Source: Cetorhinus maximus
Taxonomy: Eukaryota
DNA length: 64,000 nucleotides
Reading direction: 5' to 3'
Assembly: GCF_964194155.1 (NCBI RefSeq)
Contig: NC_135880.1
Span: 25,854,001-25,918,000, forward strand
In this document: one piece after another, positions 50,078-63,400 of the stretch
Position numbering within the stretch: the first letter of the stretch is position 1
How the letters are laid out: every line of letters starts with the position of its first letter
Notes under the pieces: generated by a model
What the model was told of the DNA's origin: nothing
The model's database searches: none
What the model saw: only the letters and a program-made list of their open reading frames with translations
Made by a program: the position numbers and the translations under genes

Positions 50078-50776
50078 AGGGAGAATTTTTAGCTCAGCGG
50101 GTGGAAGCGCAATCGACCTGACCCAGCATAAAATGACACACAATGACGTCGGGTGAGCGTCCCGATGTCATCGCGTACTCGCATGACATTTTGGTCGGCG
50201 GGTGCGCGCCAGAGTTAGCAGCGTGCCCACCGACAATTAAAAGGCCTATAAAGGCCATTAAAAAAAGTTAATTGAGAGAAATTTTTTGCTGCCCATCCAA
50301 CCTTATGGTTGGCAGGCAGGCGAAAAGGCCAAGCGGCCTTTGCATTTTTTTTAGGAAGTTTCATTCAAGGGCGTGGTGAGGTTTCTGAACAGCAAATAAA
50401 AATAAAACCAAAATTTTCAAATGTAATTCGTAACGTGTCCCTGGTCATGTGACAGTCACATGAGGGGACATGTTTTATGACATTTTTAAAATCTCTATTT
50501 TATATTTTGAAAACTGTTCGTCTCCCTGAAGCAGCTCTGTGCCTCAGGGAGATTTTCAAGCATGCACCCACGCGCATGCGCGAAGTTTGTGCTCGCCCTC
50601 CTTCCCCCACCCCCACCCCCCTCCAGCACAGTCAGCGCTGAGCGCTCACCTTTCATGCTGGGCGGGCCTTAATTGGCCGGCCAGTGTGGAATCGCGGTCC
50701 GGCCCCCAATCGCAGGCGGCGGTCAGCTTCCCGACCGCCCCCACCAAGCGCGCCCAACAGGGGGGAAATCCTCCCC
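50078..50776 (-). mobile_element. MITE-A copy 3 (inverted)
   Basis: TIR AGGGAGAATTT / AAATCCTCCCC, flanks TAT/TAA; reverse complement of the 32125 copy. Confidence 0.85.
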
Positions 50777-51089
50777 TAAGCGTATAAGGGAGGTTATGTA
50801 CGAGCAGTCCCAAGGAAAATGGTCCATATAATTTGTTGTTCAATTAGAACTAAATTGAGGCGCGTTTACCGTCCCTTGTTTTGTGAGAAATTGAAGGGGA
50901 AATATGAAACAGAAATAAAAATTGCATGACTCTCGTTTGGCAAAAAACAGAATTAAAATGAACAAAACAATCTTTTAAAGACTCTTTTTGTAATGCAAAC
51001 TGGATGTGGTCTCATCCAACATGACAGCATGATGCCTTGAAAAATTGTAAAAGTTATTTATTAAACAAAAAAATAATGAGGGAATTGGT

Positions 51090-51230
51090 TGTCCCATACA
51101 GCTGGTTCTGTCAGCTGCAATGACAGATGGCTTGATAGTGAGTGCATTGTGTTTGTTTCTGTGCTGTGCACTGCCTAAGAAGCAAGCCAATGTTGCAGCT
51201 GCTCAGCCGTGCAGCCACCTGCAAAATGGC
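51090..51230. promoter_or_regulatory. Candidate enhancer: E-box/TALE-site cluster in repeat-free DNA
   Basis: CAGCTG x3, CAGATG, CACCTG and CTGTCA/TGACAG within ~130 bp; motif evidence only. Confidence 0.3.
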
Positions 51231-52674
51231 AGCACTTCCAAAAGCATCACAGCAAAGCCAAACACGTACTGTTCTATATTAGTAACCAAGGTGTCAATAT
51301 GCTCGTGCGAAATCTCTATGTCAGTTGAACAAAGGAATTAGGCATTTAAAATAAATAGACCAGAACTTCCATTGAACAATCAAGCAGTGGAATTCCATTG
51401 CTCATATCGTACAGCAATTTTTCATCCTTTTTAAATGTAACCAACATTCTGTTTTTAATCTGCAATTCCTTTGGTAATAGAATCACAGTTCTCCCACCAA
51501 AAGTGCCAAAATATTATCTTACTGAGCTCTATTTTTTCTTGAGATCGTTCTTACTTATTTTTAGAAAGAGGAATGTATTTTTTACCCACTACAAGACAGG
51601 AATTCATATTGGGTCCCAGTTGGATGTCTGGTGTCAACTCTTCAGCACCTCATCTGACAAATCATTCTTTATGTGTGGACAATAATGTTGCCCAGAGTGC
51701 CTTAATGCCTCTTCAGCTGGGGCTCTGTATTGTTCAGCATGGAAACCTTGGATGCTGAGCATAGTGAACTGTGGGCAGGAAAGATCGAGAGTGCTAGCGT
51801 CTGCACATCAACTTAAGCACAAGGCTGATTAAGGGCCAAAATGCTATGGTGCCTGAGGGCCTCCTCATAATGAGGCTGGAGCACCTGAGGACCTAATTTG
51901 AGCAAGAGCTTCAAGGATTGGCTACTTCAGAAGTATTTAATTTCAGTCTGAAGTGTCTCTGTTCTTGTTATAGAGCCACCTTTACTTTGGTACCCATCCT
52001 CAACAAGGCCTTGAGTGGGCAATCCTTCAGTGGGGATGTACTGCCCAATGGCTGTACAGGAGAAAGGCAGCATGCCCGCCAAGCCAGCAGTCAACCCTTC
52101 ACCAGTTGATTGACTACAATACCATATAAAGACAAGTGTATGCCAGGATTTCATTGTTTGGCCCAAAGAGAGTTGACAGATTATTTAATAACTATTGTCT
52201 GATGAGAGGCATTTAACAAAGGAAATGGAAAATAAAAGATTAAGAGGGTATATGATCCGGATTTTTACTATAGAGAGGGATGGATAATAGAGATGCAAAC
52301 AAGTTACTTGTGTTTTATTATTCAGTGCATGCTATGAATATAGTATTCATGAGCCTCAAGCAAATTGGAGATTAGAAGGATTCCGTCCTCTGAAACAAGT
52401 AGTGGAGATGTTGAATAAACTCACAGATGTTGTTGTGTTACTTAAAACCATTAAAGGCCAACATATCTGGGAAGAATTAAATTGAGAGCTATAAGCATTA
52501 GTGCCAATGGCAATGATCAAAGGTTGCACAGAATGTGATGGTTCTCAAAAAGCTGGTACAGTCGATGAGATGCCAAGGACTTCAACTGATCAGAGTTTTA
52601 TAAAATTTTAGATTAAATTTGACATACATTCTGGAATTTGTCGGGGGATGTGAGAAATTATTTTTAAAGAATTT

Positions 52675-52880
52675 TTTTCATACATTCATGGGATACAGAT
52701 ATCGCTAGCTGGGCCAGCATTTATTGCCCATTCCTAATTACCCTTGGGAAGGAGATGGTGAGCTGCCTTCTTGAACTACTGCAGTCCATGTGGTGTAGGT
52801 ACACCCACAGTGCTGCTAAGGAGGGAGTTCCAGGATTTTGACCCAGCGACAGTGAAGGAACGGTGATATATTTCCAAGTC
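52675..52880 (-). mobile_element. LINE-A 3' fragment within a degraded CR1 end
   Basis: GGCCAGCATTTATTGCCCATTCCTAATT..GAGTTCCAGGATTTTGACCCAGCGAC. Confidence 0.8.
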
Positions 52881-52999
52881 CACTAACTAGCTGGACTAGA
52901 CTTAAAGGACTGATTGGCTTTTTTTCAATCCATGCTTTCTTATTTTGCTGTATATGGACAGCATGGAACTAATTAGTTCCCAGGCATCAATGATGCAAA

Positions 53000-53385
53000 T
53001 TTAAAATTTTTATCTCCTTGTTTAAATCCCTTCATGGCCTCCACCCTCCTGATCTTTCTGGCTCTACAAATACCCCCGCCCAATCACTCCATTCCTCTTA
53101 GCACCCCATCCTCCCCAACTACTTCAGCTCATCATAGGCAGCTATGCCTTCAACCATCTAGGACTGATCCCTGTGGAATTTCCTCCCTATAGCCCCTCCA
53201 TTTCTGCACCTCATTCTCCTCCTTTCATGGTCCTCCTTAAAACCAATCCTTTTGATAAAGCTTTTGCCTCACTTCTCCTCACATCTCCTTCTTTATCCCA
53301 GCATCTATTTTTGCCTGATACACCTCTACCGTAAATCTTGGGTTGTTTTTCTACGTTAAGAGTGCTAAATAAATACAAGCTTTTC
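53000..53385 (+). mobile_element. L2 3' end
   Basis: TTTAAATCCCTTCATGGCCT..TCCTTAAAACC..AAATACAAG. Confidence 0.7.
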
Positions 53386-54328
53386 TTGACAGTTTTATGA
53401 GAAGGCCTTTATCTCTATTTTGGACCTGACAGGTTTTCCATCAACAATCAGATCTTCAAAATAAAATATATAGAGTATCCTCACAACAACACTTCACCTG
53501 TCACATTCCATCCTACAGCTATCGAGATGAGAAGTACCAGGACTACTGAGCTGTCACATTTGTCCTCGATATTGTGACTATCAAACTGTCAATCATTTTA
53601 GTCTCCCTCCTTGTTTGCTTTTTCTCTTTAAGGCTGGTTATTTTCTACACTTGTTATGCTTTTAGTACTCATCAGGCATATTGCTCATATTTGTCTTGTG
53701 GAGCTAAATATTATTCCCATTCCATAAAATATGAAGATTTGTAAGTTTTATTGGGACCATAACTCCGGGTGAGATCAACCTGCGCCACAGGATGGACCCA
53801 CTGAACTTTCGAGTTTGAGAATGTGGTCAGGTTCTATTCAAGAGCAGAGCCAGGCCAGGTTTTAGCTGACAGTGCCACTGCATAATGTGCTCTCCATTGA
53901 AATGCTTTTGTAAAAAATCGCTATGAAATTGTGTCTGAGAAGCCACACAGTGAAATATTAGCATGCAAATCCCTCACACACTTGATTGATTTTTTTTTTT
54001 GTCCATGATTTTAATGGAATAAATTCATTTAAGATAAATCAGCTAGGGCTCCATTAAAATTGCAGATAGATTAATACCATATGAATATATTAAGGGTTGG
54101 TGTTCTAACTACACGGTAATGCCAAATCCTGCATGTAAGGTGTGAATTGTGCGTAAACTTGGCCAGTCATTCATACACAAATGGCTTACATGTGGGTAAT
54201 AGGCATTTCTTTGTTCCTCTTCTGGCTGGGAATTAATGGCTTAACCCTAATAAAATGGGGTATGCCAGCATGAATGTCAGTGAATAACACAACCTATGCT
54301 GAACAGTGATGTTGACAAAGAACATGTG

Positions 54329-54954
54329 GGGGAGAATTTTCTTCCCATCGGGGGGGTTGGACGGGAGCGGGTGCGGGTGGGCGCGTAGCCAATTGCCGCC
54401 CGTGTTTGGCTGCGCGCCACCATTTTACGTGGGCGGGCCAATTGAGGTTTGTGCTCCCTGTGCGGGCCGGGGGAGTAGGCTGAGTCGGGGCCTGCGCATG
54501 CGCGAAAGAGCGCAGACGCCTTCCTGAGGCACAGAGCTGCCTAAGGGAGATTAGTTTGATTTTGGAAACTTTTAATAAAGAAAAAACATGAGCTGGGACA
54601 TGTTAATGGACTTGAATAAAAACTTTCATTCAACTTATAAATGCTTCATGAAACCTCATCCCACCCGTGGATGAGGTTTCATGATAAATACGAAGGCCGC
54701 CTGGGCTCTTCACCTGCCCGCCAACCTTAAGGTTGGACAGGCAGCTCATTTAGTTCCTTTAATTGATATTTAAATGGCCTTAATAGGCCTTTGACAGTTC
54801 GGCAGGCGCGCAGCCGACTCCAGTGCGCACCCGCCGAACTGAAGATCTGAATGCCACACGGTGATGTCGGAACGCATGCCTGACGTCTCCGTGCGTCATT
54901 TAACATGTCGGTGAGCGGGCCCCGCCCCTGCTCGTCAACCTGCAAGTTCTGGCC
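54329..54954 (+). mobile_element. MITE-A copy 4
   Basis: TIR GGGGAGAATT / AGTTCTGGCC, flanks GTG/ATG. Confidence 0.85.
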
Positions 54955-55194
54955 ATGGTACACATACAGATATTTCAGAATCACAACGGACAAAATGGTG
55001 CACTTACAGAAACCAGAGGGAGAATCACTTAATACCAATTATAGACCAATGAAGTCACACATGTTTAAGCTTGACAATTATGTTCAATATTACTTCATTT
55101 TATTCAATTATGTTTAATATATTTAGAATGATGCATGTAATCTGATTTAATCTTGAAGATTCTGACATTTATCTGTTCCATTCTAATTATATCC

Positions 55195-55563
55195 AGATGA
55201 TATGTTTAAGATGATGAAAGGAATTGATAGATAGAAACTAGTTTCTCTTGTGGGAGAGCCCAGAACAACTCCAAAGATCTCCAAGAATCTTAAAATTTAA
55301 TCTAGTCCATTTAGGGGTGTTGCCAGGAAGTACTCCTTCACAGAAAGGGTAGAGGAAATCTGGAATTATCTCCCCTAAAACCGATTGAGCCCAGGCAATT
55401 GAAAATTTCAAAACTGAGATTGAGGGTCTTTTTGTTCGGCAAGGGTATAAAGGTTATCAACAAGGCAGGTAGACGGATTTGTGATGCACCTTGACCATGA
55501 TCTAAGTGAATAACGGAATTATCTCCAGGGGCTGAATGGTCTACTCCTGCTCTTATATGTTCA
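55195..55563 (+). mobile_element. CR1 3' end
   Basis: Similar to 26640-26946; ends GGCTGAATGGTCTACTCCTGCTCTTATATGTT. Confidence 0.75.
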
Positions 55564-55677
55564 AGAACACTGTAGCCAACAGATTTCCATTCAGATCAGT
55601 AACTCGATAACAAATTCAATTTTAGCATTCATACTACTGGCTTCATTTACTGGTGAATGCAATTGATTGATTCAGAG

Positions 55678-58600
55678 TGAAGAATCCTGCTTCAGATACC
55701 ATGAAGTAGGCCTCATTGTCTGGAGCACATTAACAGCAAATCTTTATTAACAACTCATAAATATGTACATGTTTGCAGTAGAGGATACAGGTATGGAGCT
55801 GACTCCAGTCTAGGTCATAACTCATCTCTATCCATCTCTAGACTGACCCTGGTTCTGGGTCATGTCTTCTTATATCACTGTGTGGCGGTAAAGTACTCAG
55901 TCCTGCATTAAACCTCTATGTACCAGACCCTACTACCACACCTCTCCCCAAGTCTTTATCTCCTTGACCTGGAGATACTTTAGTTTTCTTCCAAGTCTCA
56001 CATTGTTATAAGTCTTTAGCATTAACCTTATTGTTACAACCTTAATGCTATTCTAATGTATTTGCTACAACAGTATTAACGTTAACAATATTAACAACAT
56101 TCTCATTACCCCACCTTCCCCCTTCCAAGTCCTTGAAACTAGAGGTTCAGACAGTCTGGAGACTTTATAACCCTCGCACATCTTGTTCTTTGCTCTGCCG
56201 TGAGAGTGGTATGCTCTGGTGTTGCTTGTTCTGTTGTTGGCTTGGGGGTTGGACTGGTGTTTGGGTATGGTTTCATCCATTTCTTCCATTGCTTGATATT
56301 AAGCCATGCCTGGTTGGTCTGGCTGGCTTGGCAATGTATGGCTATCATCATTCTTAGTTGTTTCTTGCGGAGTGGACGAAAATGGTATTCGTCTACTTGG
56401 CAGTGTTTTTCCTTCTTTCTTTTCCCCTTAGGCCATTTGGAAGCCCTCTGAGACTGAGGAAGAGCTTTCCTGTGGCAAGAAGAAGATTGAGTAGCAGGCT
56501 CACTTCTGTTTTTTGTTGTTAATGTGCACAATTGCTACCAGGTTCCAGAATCCCTTGTTCTTTTGATGTGCTGGCTGGAAGTTCTTGTATGTGCACAGTG
56601 TTTGGTTGTCTACCGACTGTGCCATCAACTTACTTGGAGGTAGGGGCTCCTCAGACTGTTGCTCCTTCTCTGGCACCACTTCCACTGGAGGTGCTATGGT
56701 AATCTCGTGTGTGGTCAGTTGGTCTGACCATTGGGGATTTTTCAGGACCTGGAATAATAATGGACAAACCTGCTCTGCAAAAAAAGAAGAGAAATCACAG
56801 GTGAAATCAGAGTCTGAATACTTTTTAGTGTTTGAGGACTCAGTACTGTGCTGTTCTGGCCAACTAACAACTGTTAACTAACAACTAACAACTGTGCCGT
56901 GCCTGTCTTCACATCTTCTGCTGGGTGGAGGAGATTGAGGGCTACATAGGCATCAGAAGAGAGAAAGGCTGATTATAGATGGCATACACCAGCTCAAAAA
57001 TGTGTTTGTCACCATACCTCAGTGGTTCAAGGATCATACTGAGGACCAGGAGTCAGACTCCCCTTGCCCCAGAAAGTGGAGTGTCTGTCGTTCGAATCCA
57101 AAGGCCTTAGAACCATGGTTCCTCATCTGACAGGACTGTCACATTGGCACCTGAATCTAATTTAAAATTTGCTAGATGATCATTTACCACGATATCAGCA
57201 TTCCAGAACGAAAATCCACATTCTCTGATGTCCCCCAAGAAGAATAGTCATGCATCTTCCGATCTTCGGTCTCGACCTCGTGGATGACCTTTGGGATGTC
57301 TGTGAGGTGCTGGGGTTTTGACTTGCACCGTTTACCAAAGTGTCCCTGTCGGTTGCAGTGGAAGCATTGGGCTGTGCTCGAAGGACACTGATCTCTCCTG
57401 TGAGGGCACTTTGCACCTCAGGGCTGGCAAGGTCGCTCTGTTGGGTGGTTCAGGGGTTGCTTTCCCTGACTTGAGTGTTCCCTGCATTTTTTTTGACTTG
57501 ATATGGTGGACCGAGGGTTAGTTTCTGCCCCATGAAGTGCCTTCCCCCCTTACGATGGTCCTGTGTTGTTCACGTTGCTTAGACAGTCTATCTAGCTGGA
57601 TAGCCTTGTTGAGGCTAAGATCATTTTTAGCTTGGAGGAGGTCAGAGAGTGAATCGTCTGCAACATCCACCACGATTCTGTCTTGGATGAACTCAGACGT
57701 TAAATTGCCATATTCACATCCTTCTGCCATCCTACAGAGGTTGTTAATGAAGGAACTGACAGGTTCCCCACGGAGCTGGATTCTCTTATTAAATTTAGCT
57801 CTCTCCAGTGTTTATTGGATCTCAAGTTGAAATAGATGTCAAAAGATTTCAAAACATCATTAAATTTGGCAGATGATTTATCAATAGCTTGTTGTGCAAT
57901 GGTATCATCCTCTATTGACCCAATCGAGAAAATAAATAATTTGTTCTGCCTCTGATTTTTTTATTGAGATCTGCAGCAATGCTGTATCTTAAAAATGTTC
58001 CCCTCCAAAGACTCCAATTGTGTGACTGGTCTGGGCCAAGGGTGAATCCCAGAGGAGCTGAAAGTGTGGAATTGCAACCCATTTTTGATGATTTTTAAAA
58101 GTGTGGGTACAGCTTTAAAAGATTACAGGCTTCCAAGGTGGTATTGCTGGCTACTGCTGGACAAAGGATGTTTCCACACTTGCCTGCTTTTGGTGGGCTT
58201 TTCAAAATGGCGGCAGTACACTTCTGCCTGAAGAAGAAGGGGCCACAATGGTGGTATAGGTTGGCTGGCTGCCGAATTAATTCATTCATCTGTATTGCGT
58301 TACGAGTCTGGACTCCTGGAAAAGAACTGCAGGCTTGCTGCTTCCGAACTGGATGGGTGCAAGGTACCCAGAATAGACAAAATCAATTTTTAATGGTTTT
58401 TTTTTTTGCCGGACTCAGGAGCCATGTGTTGAGACTCGGAGTCTGGGATCGGGTTTAGCAATGGGTTGCTTTCACACAGCACTTCTAACTGAATGACTTA
58501 AAAGGGATTTCTCAGGGCTAGCTGGCCTGGAAGTTAAAAATGTTATCATACCCTTGCAGACTCCGAGCTCTGCTTGCTGAAGCTAGGCTTCAAAGGAGGA

Positions 58601-59086
58601 TGCAATGGAGCCTTCTGCTTGAGTAAAACCTTTTCCTTTGCTTCCAGGCTCTTCTGTCTCTGGAGCTTTTTCTTTATTTTTTTTCTTGGTGAGTTTTCTC
58701 ACGGTCTGTAGCTTCATCTGGGAGTTCAGTGCAGAATCTATTGAAGGTGTCCTTTTTCTTAGTTTCTCAGCATTTTTATGAGGATAATGGTTTTAATATG
58801 GATGCTGCCACCATGAAGAATTCTGCTTTGGACACCATGAAGTAGTTCTTCATAGTCTAGCGTATATTAACAGCAAGTCTTTATTAACAACTCATAACTA
58901 TGTACATATTTACAATCAAGGGAACAGGTATGGAGCTGACTCCAGTGTAGGACTTTATGCATCTCTATCCATCTCTGGACTGACCCTGGCCCTGGGCCAT
59001 GTGCCTTCTTACACCACTGTGTAGGCAGTACTGTATTAGTAGGCAGTCCCACATTAACCCTTTTTGTACCAGACCCTACTACTAGA
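55678..59086 (-). mobile_element. Internally deleted Ty3/Gypsy LTR retrotransposon (gag-protease remnants, integrase tail)
   Basis: Direct LTRs at 55678-55940 and 58814-59086; PPT GGGGAGAGG; PBS TGGTGGCAGC (tRNA-Leu-like); gag CEYGNLTSEFIQDRIVV; knuckle CFHCNRQGHFGKRC; protease FKLDSGA; RTRCARVIKSPDCLNL; flanks CAGAG/GAGAG. Confidence 0.9.
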
Positions 59087-59519
59087 GAGAGAGAATATTT
59101 ATTATTGAGTTCCTCCAGGCAATTTTCATATTGGTAGTCAATTATAAAAGAGGTGACAATTCTGGTAAATGACTCAAAATGTTCATTGGGCAGATCCTTG
59201 TGTGTATACCAGGAGTGTCTAAGCTTTCTGACTTTGTGGATCCTGAAGGTGCAAGCTATGGAACTTCACAGGCCACATATACGTTTTGAATCAATGTTCC
59301 CATTAAATTGCAAATATCTAAAGCTGAGCATATAAAAGGTTCAAAGTACCAGTAAATATCCAGCACTGACTTAAGTGTAACTATTAACATGTAACCTGAG
59401 ACAGTATCTAGCACAGACCTGAACTTTGTAAGAAGGATGTAGAAAGATGATAGAACACTGAGCTGAATCATTCCTTCAGAAAACATCCATAATTGTTTCG
59501 CTCTAGCTTGGTAGTACTG

Positions 59520-60250
59520 ATAGAGTGGGTAATATGCCAGGCCATGAGGTTACAGGTTGTGTTCGAGTGCAATTCTGCTGTTGCTGATGGCCCACACCGC
59601 CTCACAGAAGCCCAGTCTTAAGTTGCTAGATTTGTTTGAAATCTATCCCATGTAGCATGGTGGCAGTGCCACCAAACACAATGGAGGGTATCCTCAATGT
59701 GAAGACAGGACTTCATCTCCACAAGGTCTGTGCGGTCATCACTCCTACTGATACTGTCTTGGACAGATGCATATGTAAAAGGCAGTTTGGTGAGGATGAG
59801 GTCATGCATGTTTTTCCCTCTTGTTGGTTCCCTCACCAACTTCTGCAGACCCAGTCTAGCAGCTATATCATTTAGGACTCAGCCAGTTCAGTCTGTAGTG
59901 GTGCTACCAAGCCACTCTTGGTGATGGACATTGAAGTCCCCCACCCAGAGTACATTCTGTGTCCTGACGACCTTCAGTGCTTCCTCCAAGTGGTGTTCAG
60001 CATGAAGGAGTATTTATTCATCAGCTGAGGGGGGTCGGGTGCAGTACATTGAATGATCTTGATTGTCCTGATGATGACAGTCTTGTTGAGTGTTCTTGGA
60101 GCTGTACACATTCAAGCAAGTGGAGAGTATTCCATCATGCTCCTGACTTGTGATTTCTGGGGAGTGGTTTTCGGGAGTCAGGAGGTGAGTTATTCACCGC
60201 AGAATTCCCAGCCTCTGACCTGCACTTGTAGCCATAATATTTATGTGGTT
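59520..60250 (-). mobile_element. LINE-A fragments (EN 59520-60030; further fragment ~60050-60250)
   Basis: VREPTRGKNMHDLILTKLP..SDDRT..WDRFQTNL; colinear with 640-1145. Confidence 0.8.
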
Positions 60251-60565
60251 TATGTCTGTGGAACTCTGAGTGCTACAGAGTTTTAAATGTTAAAATCTAA
60301 TTCTAGTAGTGAGATTGAACATGGCATTTGCATTTCCAAAAACAGGGAATTTTAGTTTTAGAATTTGGTTATCATAACAGTGCAATGGTCTCACTTACGT
60401 TGGAAGGATGCTGCTGAAAAGTAGATCCTCCCCCTCAGTCCCGCCCTCCCCACCTCCATTGAGGTGAGTACATAAGTTGCACTGCAATTGGCCTACATGA
60501 AATGTGCAAGTTGTTCAACCAGCAATTTGGAATGGGCTTAGGAGCACATGAAGTGTTTGTGGGAG

Positions 60566-61731
60566 TTGCAGAAATTTCACCCTGGGTGGAATTGACCTAG
60601 ATTTGCACCACGTGCGGTAGTGGGTGTCTCATTAATCATGTATTCCCGGGAAACACAACGTTTCGATGATGGGCGGGCTCTCGTTCGCCAGCCACGCTGT
60701 CGCCTCGCCGCTTCCTCACACCGGGTGCCTTATGTAAAGTGCAGCCACATGCACACCTCTCAGTGCTTCCAACCCAGGACTGCTGCACAGAAGACATGGC
60801 CCCAAAAGGCAAGAAGACTGCAGCCCCCACCCCCACCACCCCCCCACCGCGAATCAGTGACACATCCCCGGGACACCTTCTGGAAACTGTTGGAGCCCAC
60901 TGCAATGTTCTCTACACCTGCTCTGGCTGCAGAAGGCCCATTGGTGTCACCACTCCAGCTTGGGTGGCGATGGCAGTAGTGGTCAGTGCCAATGTTGCAT
61001 AGAAGAGGTTGGCCATCCAATGCAGAAAATGGATGAATGATCTCATCTGTGCCACCAAGGTAAGGCAACCGTCTCATCACTCTAAACTCACACACTCGCA
61101 AGCCCATTGCACATTCACTGGCATCTCACTCGCTGCCATCTCAAGGAACATCATCATTCACTCTCTCACACAAACCCTCACATCTCCATCTGGCCTCATG
61201 TCACCTGGGGACTGCCTTATCAGCCCTCACCCTCTTGTGGCCACTTGCACAGATCAACATCTGCCCCCACACATATCCTGGGATACACCCACTTCCCCAG
61301 TAACGCCCTCGCCCTGCAACCTTTTCCCTTGCCTCAGGCTTCTTCTCTACCTTACCCAAGCAAACCCTAGCCCTGCAGCTGTTGAAAAGCCACCCCCACC
61401 TTACGTCTAGTCTCTTAAGTAGAGACCTGCCTGTGAGCCCCCCTAAAAGTGATGTTGTGCTACCTGTAAAGCCTGGCGCTGATGACCACGAGTGTAGCCA
61501 GATGGTCCAGCATGGAGGGATGAATTCGGTGAGCTGGACTTATGCAGACGTGTTACAATGAAGTTCCTGACGTGCATTGGTGGAAACGCACCCATCATTG
61601 ATGGGCAGAGCGGACAGTTGCACATGCAACGTGCTTTACAACAGCGTGAAACTGATTTTTGGCTTTCCTGCCCCATTGACTGCTCATGCTGCTAAGCATG
61701 CCCCCCGCCAATATGCACAGAAAATTCTGCC
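60566..61731 (+). mobile_element. Non-autonomous Harbinger element retaining a Myb/SANT-like exon (~60796-61059), pseudogenised
   Basis: MAPKGKKTAAP..SDTSPGHLLETV..VLY..AWVAMAVVVSAN..*KRLAIQCRKWMNDLICATK|GTAAGG; ends GCAGAAATTT / AAAATTCTGCC. Confidence 0.7.
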
Positions 61732-61789
61732 ACTGTCCCAGATCTGCTGTCAAATGGCCTCCCCTGAATATTGGCCAAATACATGTGAA

Positions 61790-62350
61790 ATAAGCTGATC
61801 CTCCACTTATTTATCCACTGATTATAATATTTGTAAATGATATGGTGGAGAGTGTGTCTTATGATACAATTTTTGTTGGTTTTACTGAAATAAATGGCCA
61901 GATGGTGGAGAATATTGAGGATACAAACAGCATTCAATGACACCAGACCTGATTAAGTGGAATTGTTAAGGATTAACAGATTAATGTAGACAATTGTGAG
62001 GTAAAACCTTTGCAGCATGAAACTTGTGCATGAAAAAGAGGTGCCTTGTAGTAAAGGTGAAATAAGAGTTTGTGTGTGGCTATTGACCATTCACTTGAGG
62101 TTTTCCAGTCAGCTGTTAGCAACCAGGCTGAACATGTACTTGTGATGTCTCTGGAGGACAAAATGTTGTAGGTCAAAACCTTATATAGATTATTAGGGAG
62201 ATCATGTTTGGAAGATTGTCTGCTGCTTTGGGAACCCTGCCTTCAAAAAGACATTGATATCCAAAAAGGTCAGAAAGTAGAAATAAGGACTCTTGGCCTT
62301 AAGTTAAGAAAAGTGACTCATGCAGCTGAACTTGTTAGCATGAGGGAAAA
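61790..62350 (+). mobile_element. Highly degraded CR1 RT region
   Basis: Residual motifs (AAAACCTTATATAGA.., TGCTTTGGGAACCCTGCCTTCAAAAAGACATTG). Confidence 0.4.
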
Positions 62351-62675
62351 GTAAGGATACAAACTTGTATGAGCTGTGTTAAAAAGATCAGGCATCATTA
62401 TGATGATCTGTGACTGTAAGGCTGGAGGACTGGAGTCACTGGCAACCTGGCCTCTTGACCGTTTTCAAGAGTTCTCATTTGAAGTGGGGTCCCAATCCAT
62501 TGTGGGAGGCTGACTGCATAATTTAATTACAGTATGTCATTGTGTAAAAGATGATCTCATGCGAAAGCGGACCTTCATGATTTTTGGCCTACAAAACCAT
62601 CATTTCTCATATCTCTCATGTAAAAGTCATCCCTAGTTTTTTAGGGATCAAAGCCCAAAACATTTCAGAACCAAA

Positions 62676-63400
62676 TGTTACAGACAGGGGAGAGAGGCAA
62701 ACCTGAACTCCTTTATTTTCTCACCGTCTGTCCGGAAGCAGAGGTGTTGTAATTTTTGAAATAGGCTGTGGCATGTTTCCCCAATCCCTCAGTTTGTGAA
62801 GTCAATTTTTAAAGTGACTGGCGGCAAACTCTCTTTCGGGTTAACTCAGAAGTATAGTTTATTCATACATTCAAACCTGGAGAGTGGTCGCAACTTCATT
62901 CACACACATGACCACACAATAAGAAGATAAGAAAGAGGAGTTTTTACAACTATGAATAACTTAAAAGAAAAAGAACCACAGATATGGTTGCTTGAGTCCA
63001 GAAAGTCAGAGTCAGGTGAGTGTTCCTTCACAGAGGAGTTACAGTTCAGGTGAGTTCAGCTAGTTGAAGCAAGAGTTGTAGAATTCCTTTAAACCTGACG
63101 CTGACACAGTGAGATGAGGTTGGTATACAGAGACTTGGTCTGTTCAGCAGGCAACGGCAGGAATCTTCCAGGGAAACAGGATGGGAGGAGGCTTAGACTT
63201 GGTGCAGGAAATTGCTTAGCCTGGAGTCCTGCTGTGGTGTTTGCAGGCTGGAGTTTAAACAGCAGACTGAGTTGCGAGTCTAGAAACGTAATATTAAAAC
63301 TTTCCAAAGGCCAGAAGCTTAGGTCATGTGATGTTGCCCATTAATGATTAAGTTGCAGGCTAACAAGCAGTTTCTATGCCTCTGGTCAAAATCCATTGTT
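62676..63400 (-). mobile_element. Probable solo LTR (right boundary uncertain)
   Basis: Starts TGTTACAGACAGGGG, similar to the reverse complement of the 19270-19353 end; TTTATT at ~62858. Confidence 0.45.

Noticed and set aside
50078-54954. Composite transposon bounded by inverted MITE-A copies
   Set aside because: Each copy has its own flanking 3-mer pair and they look like different subfamilies; independent insertions are simpler.
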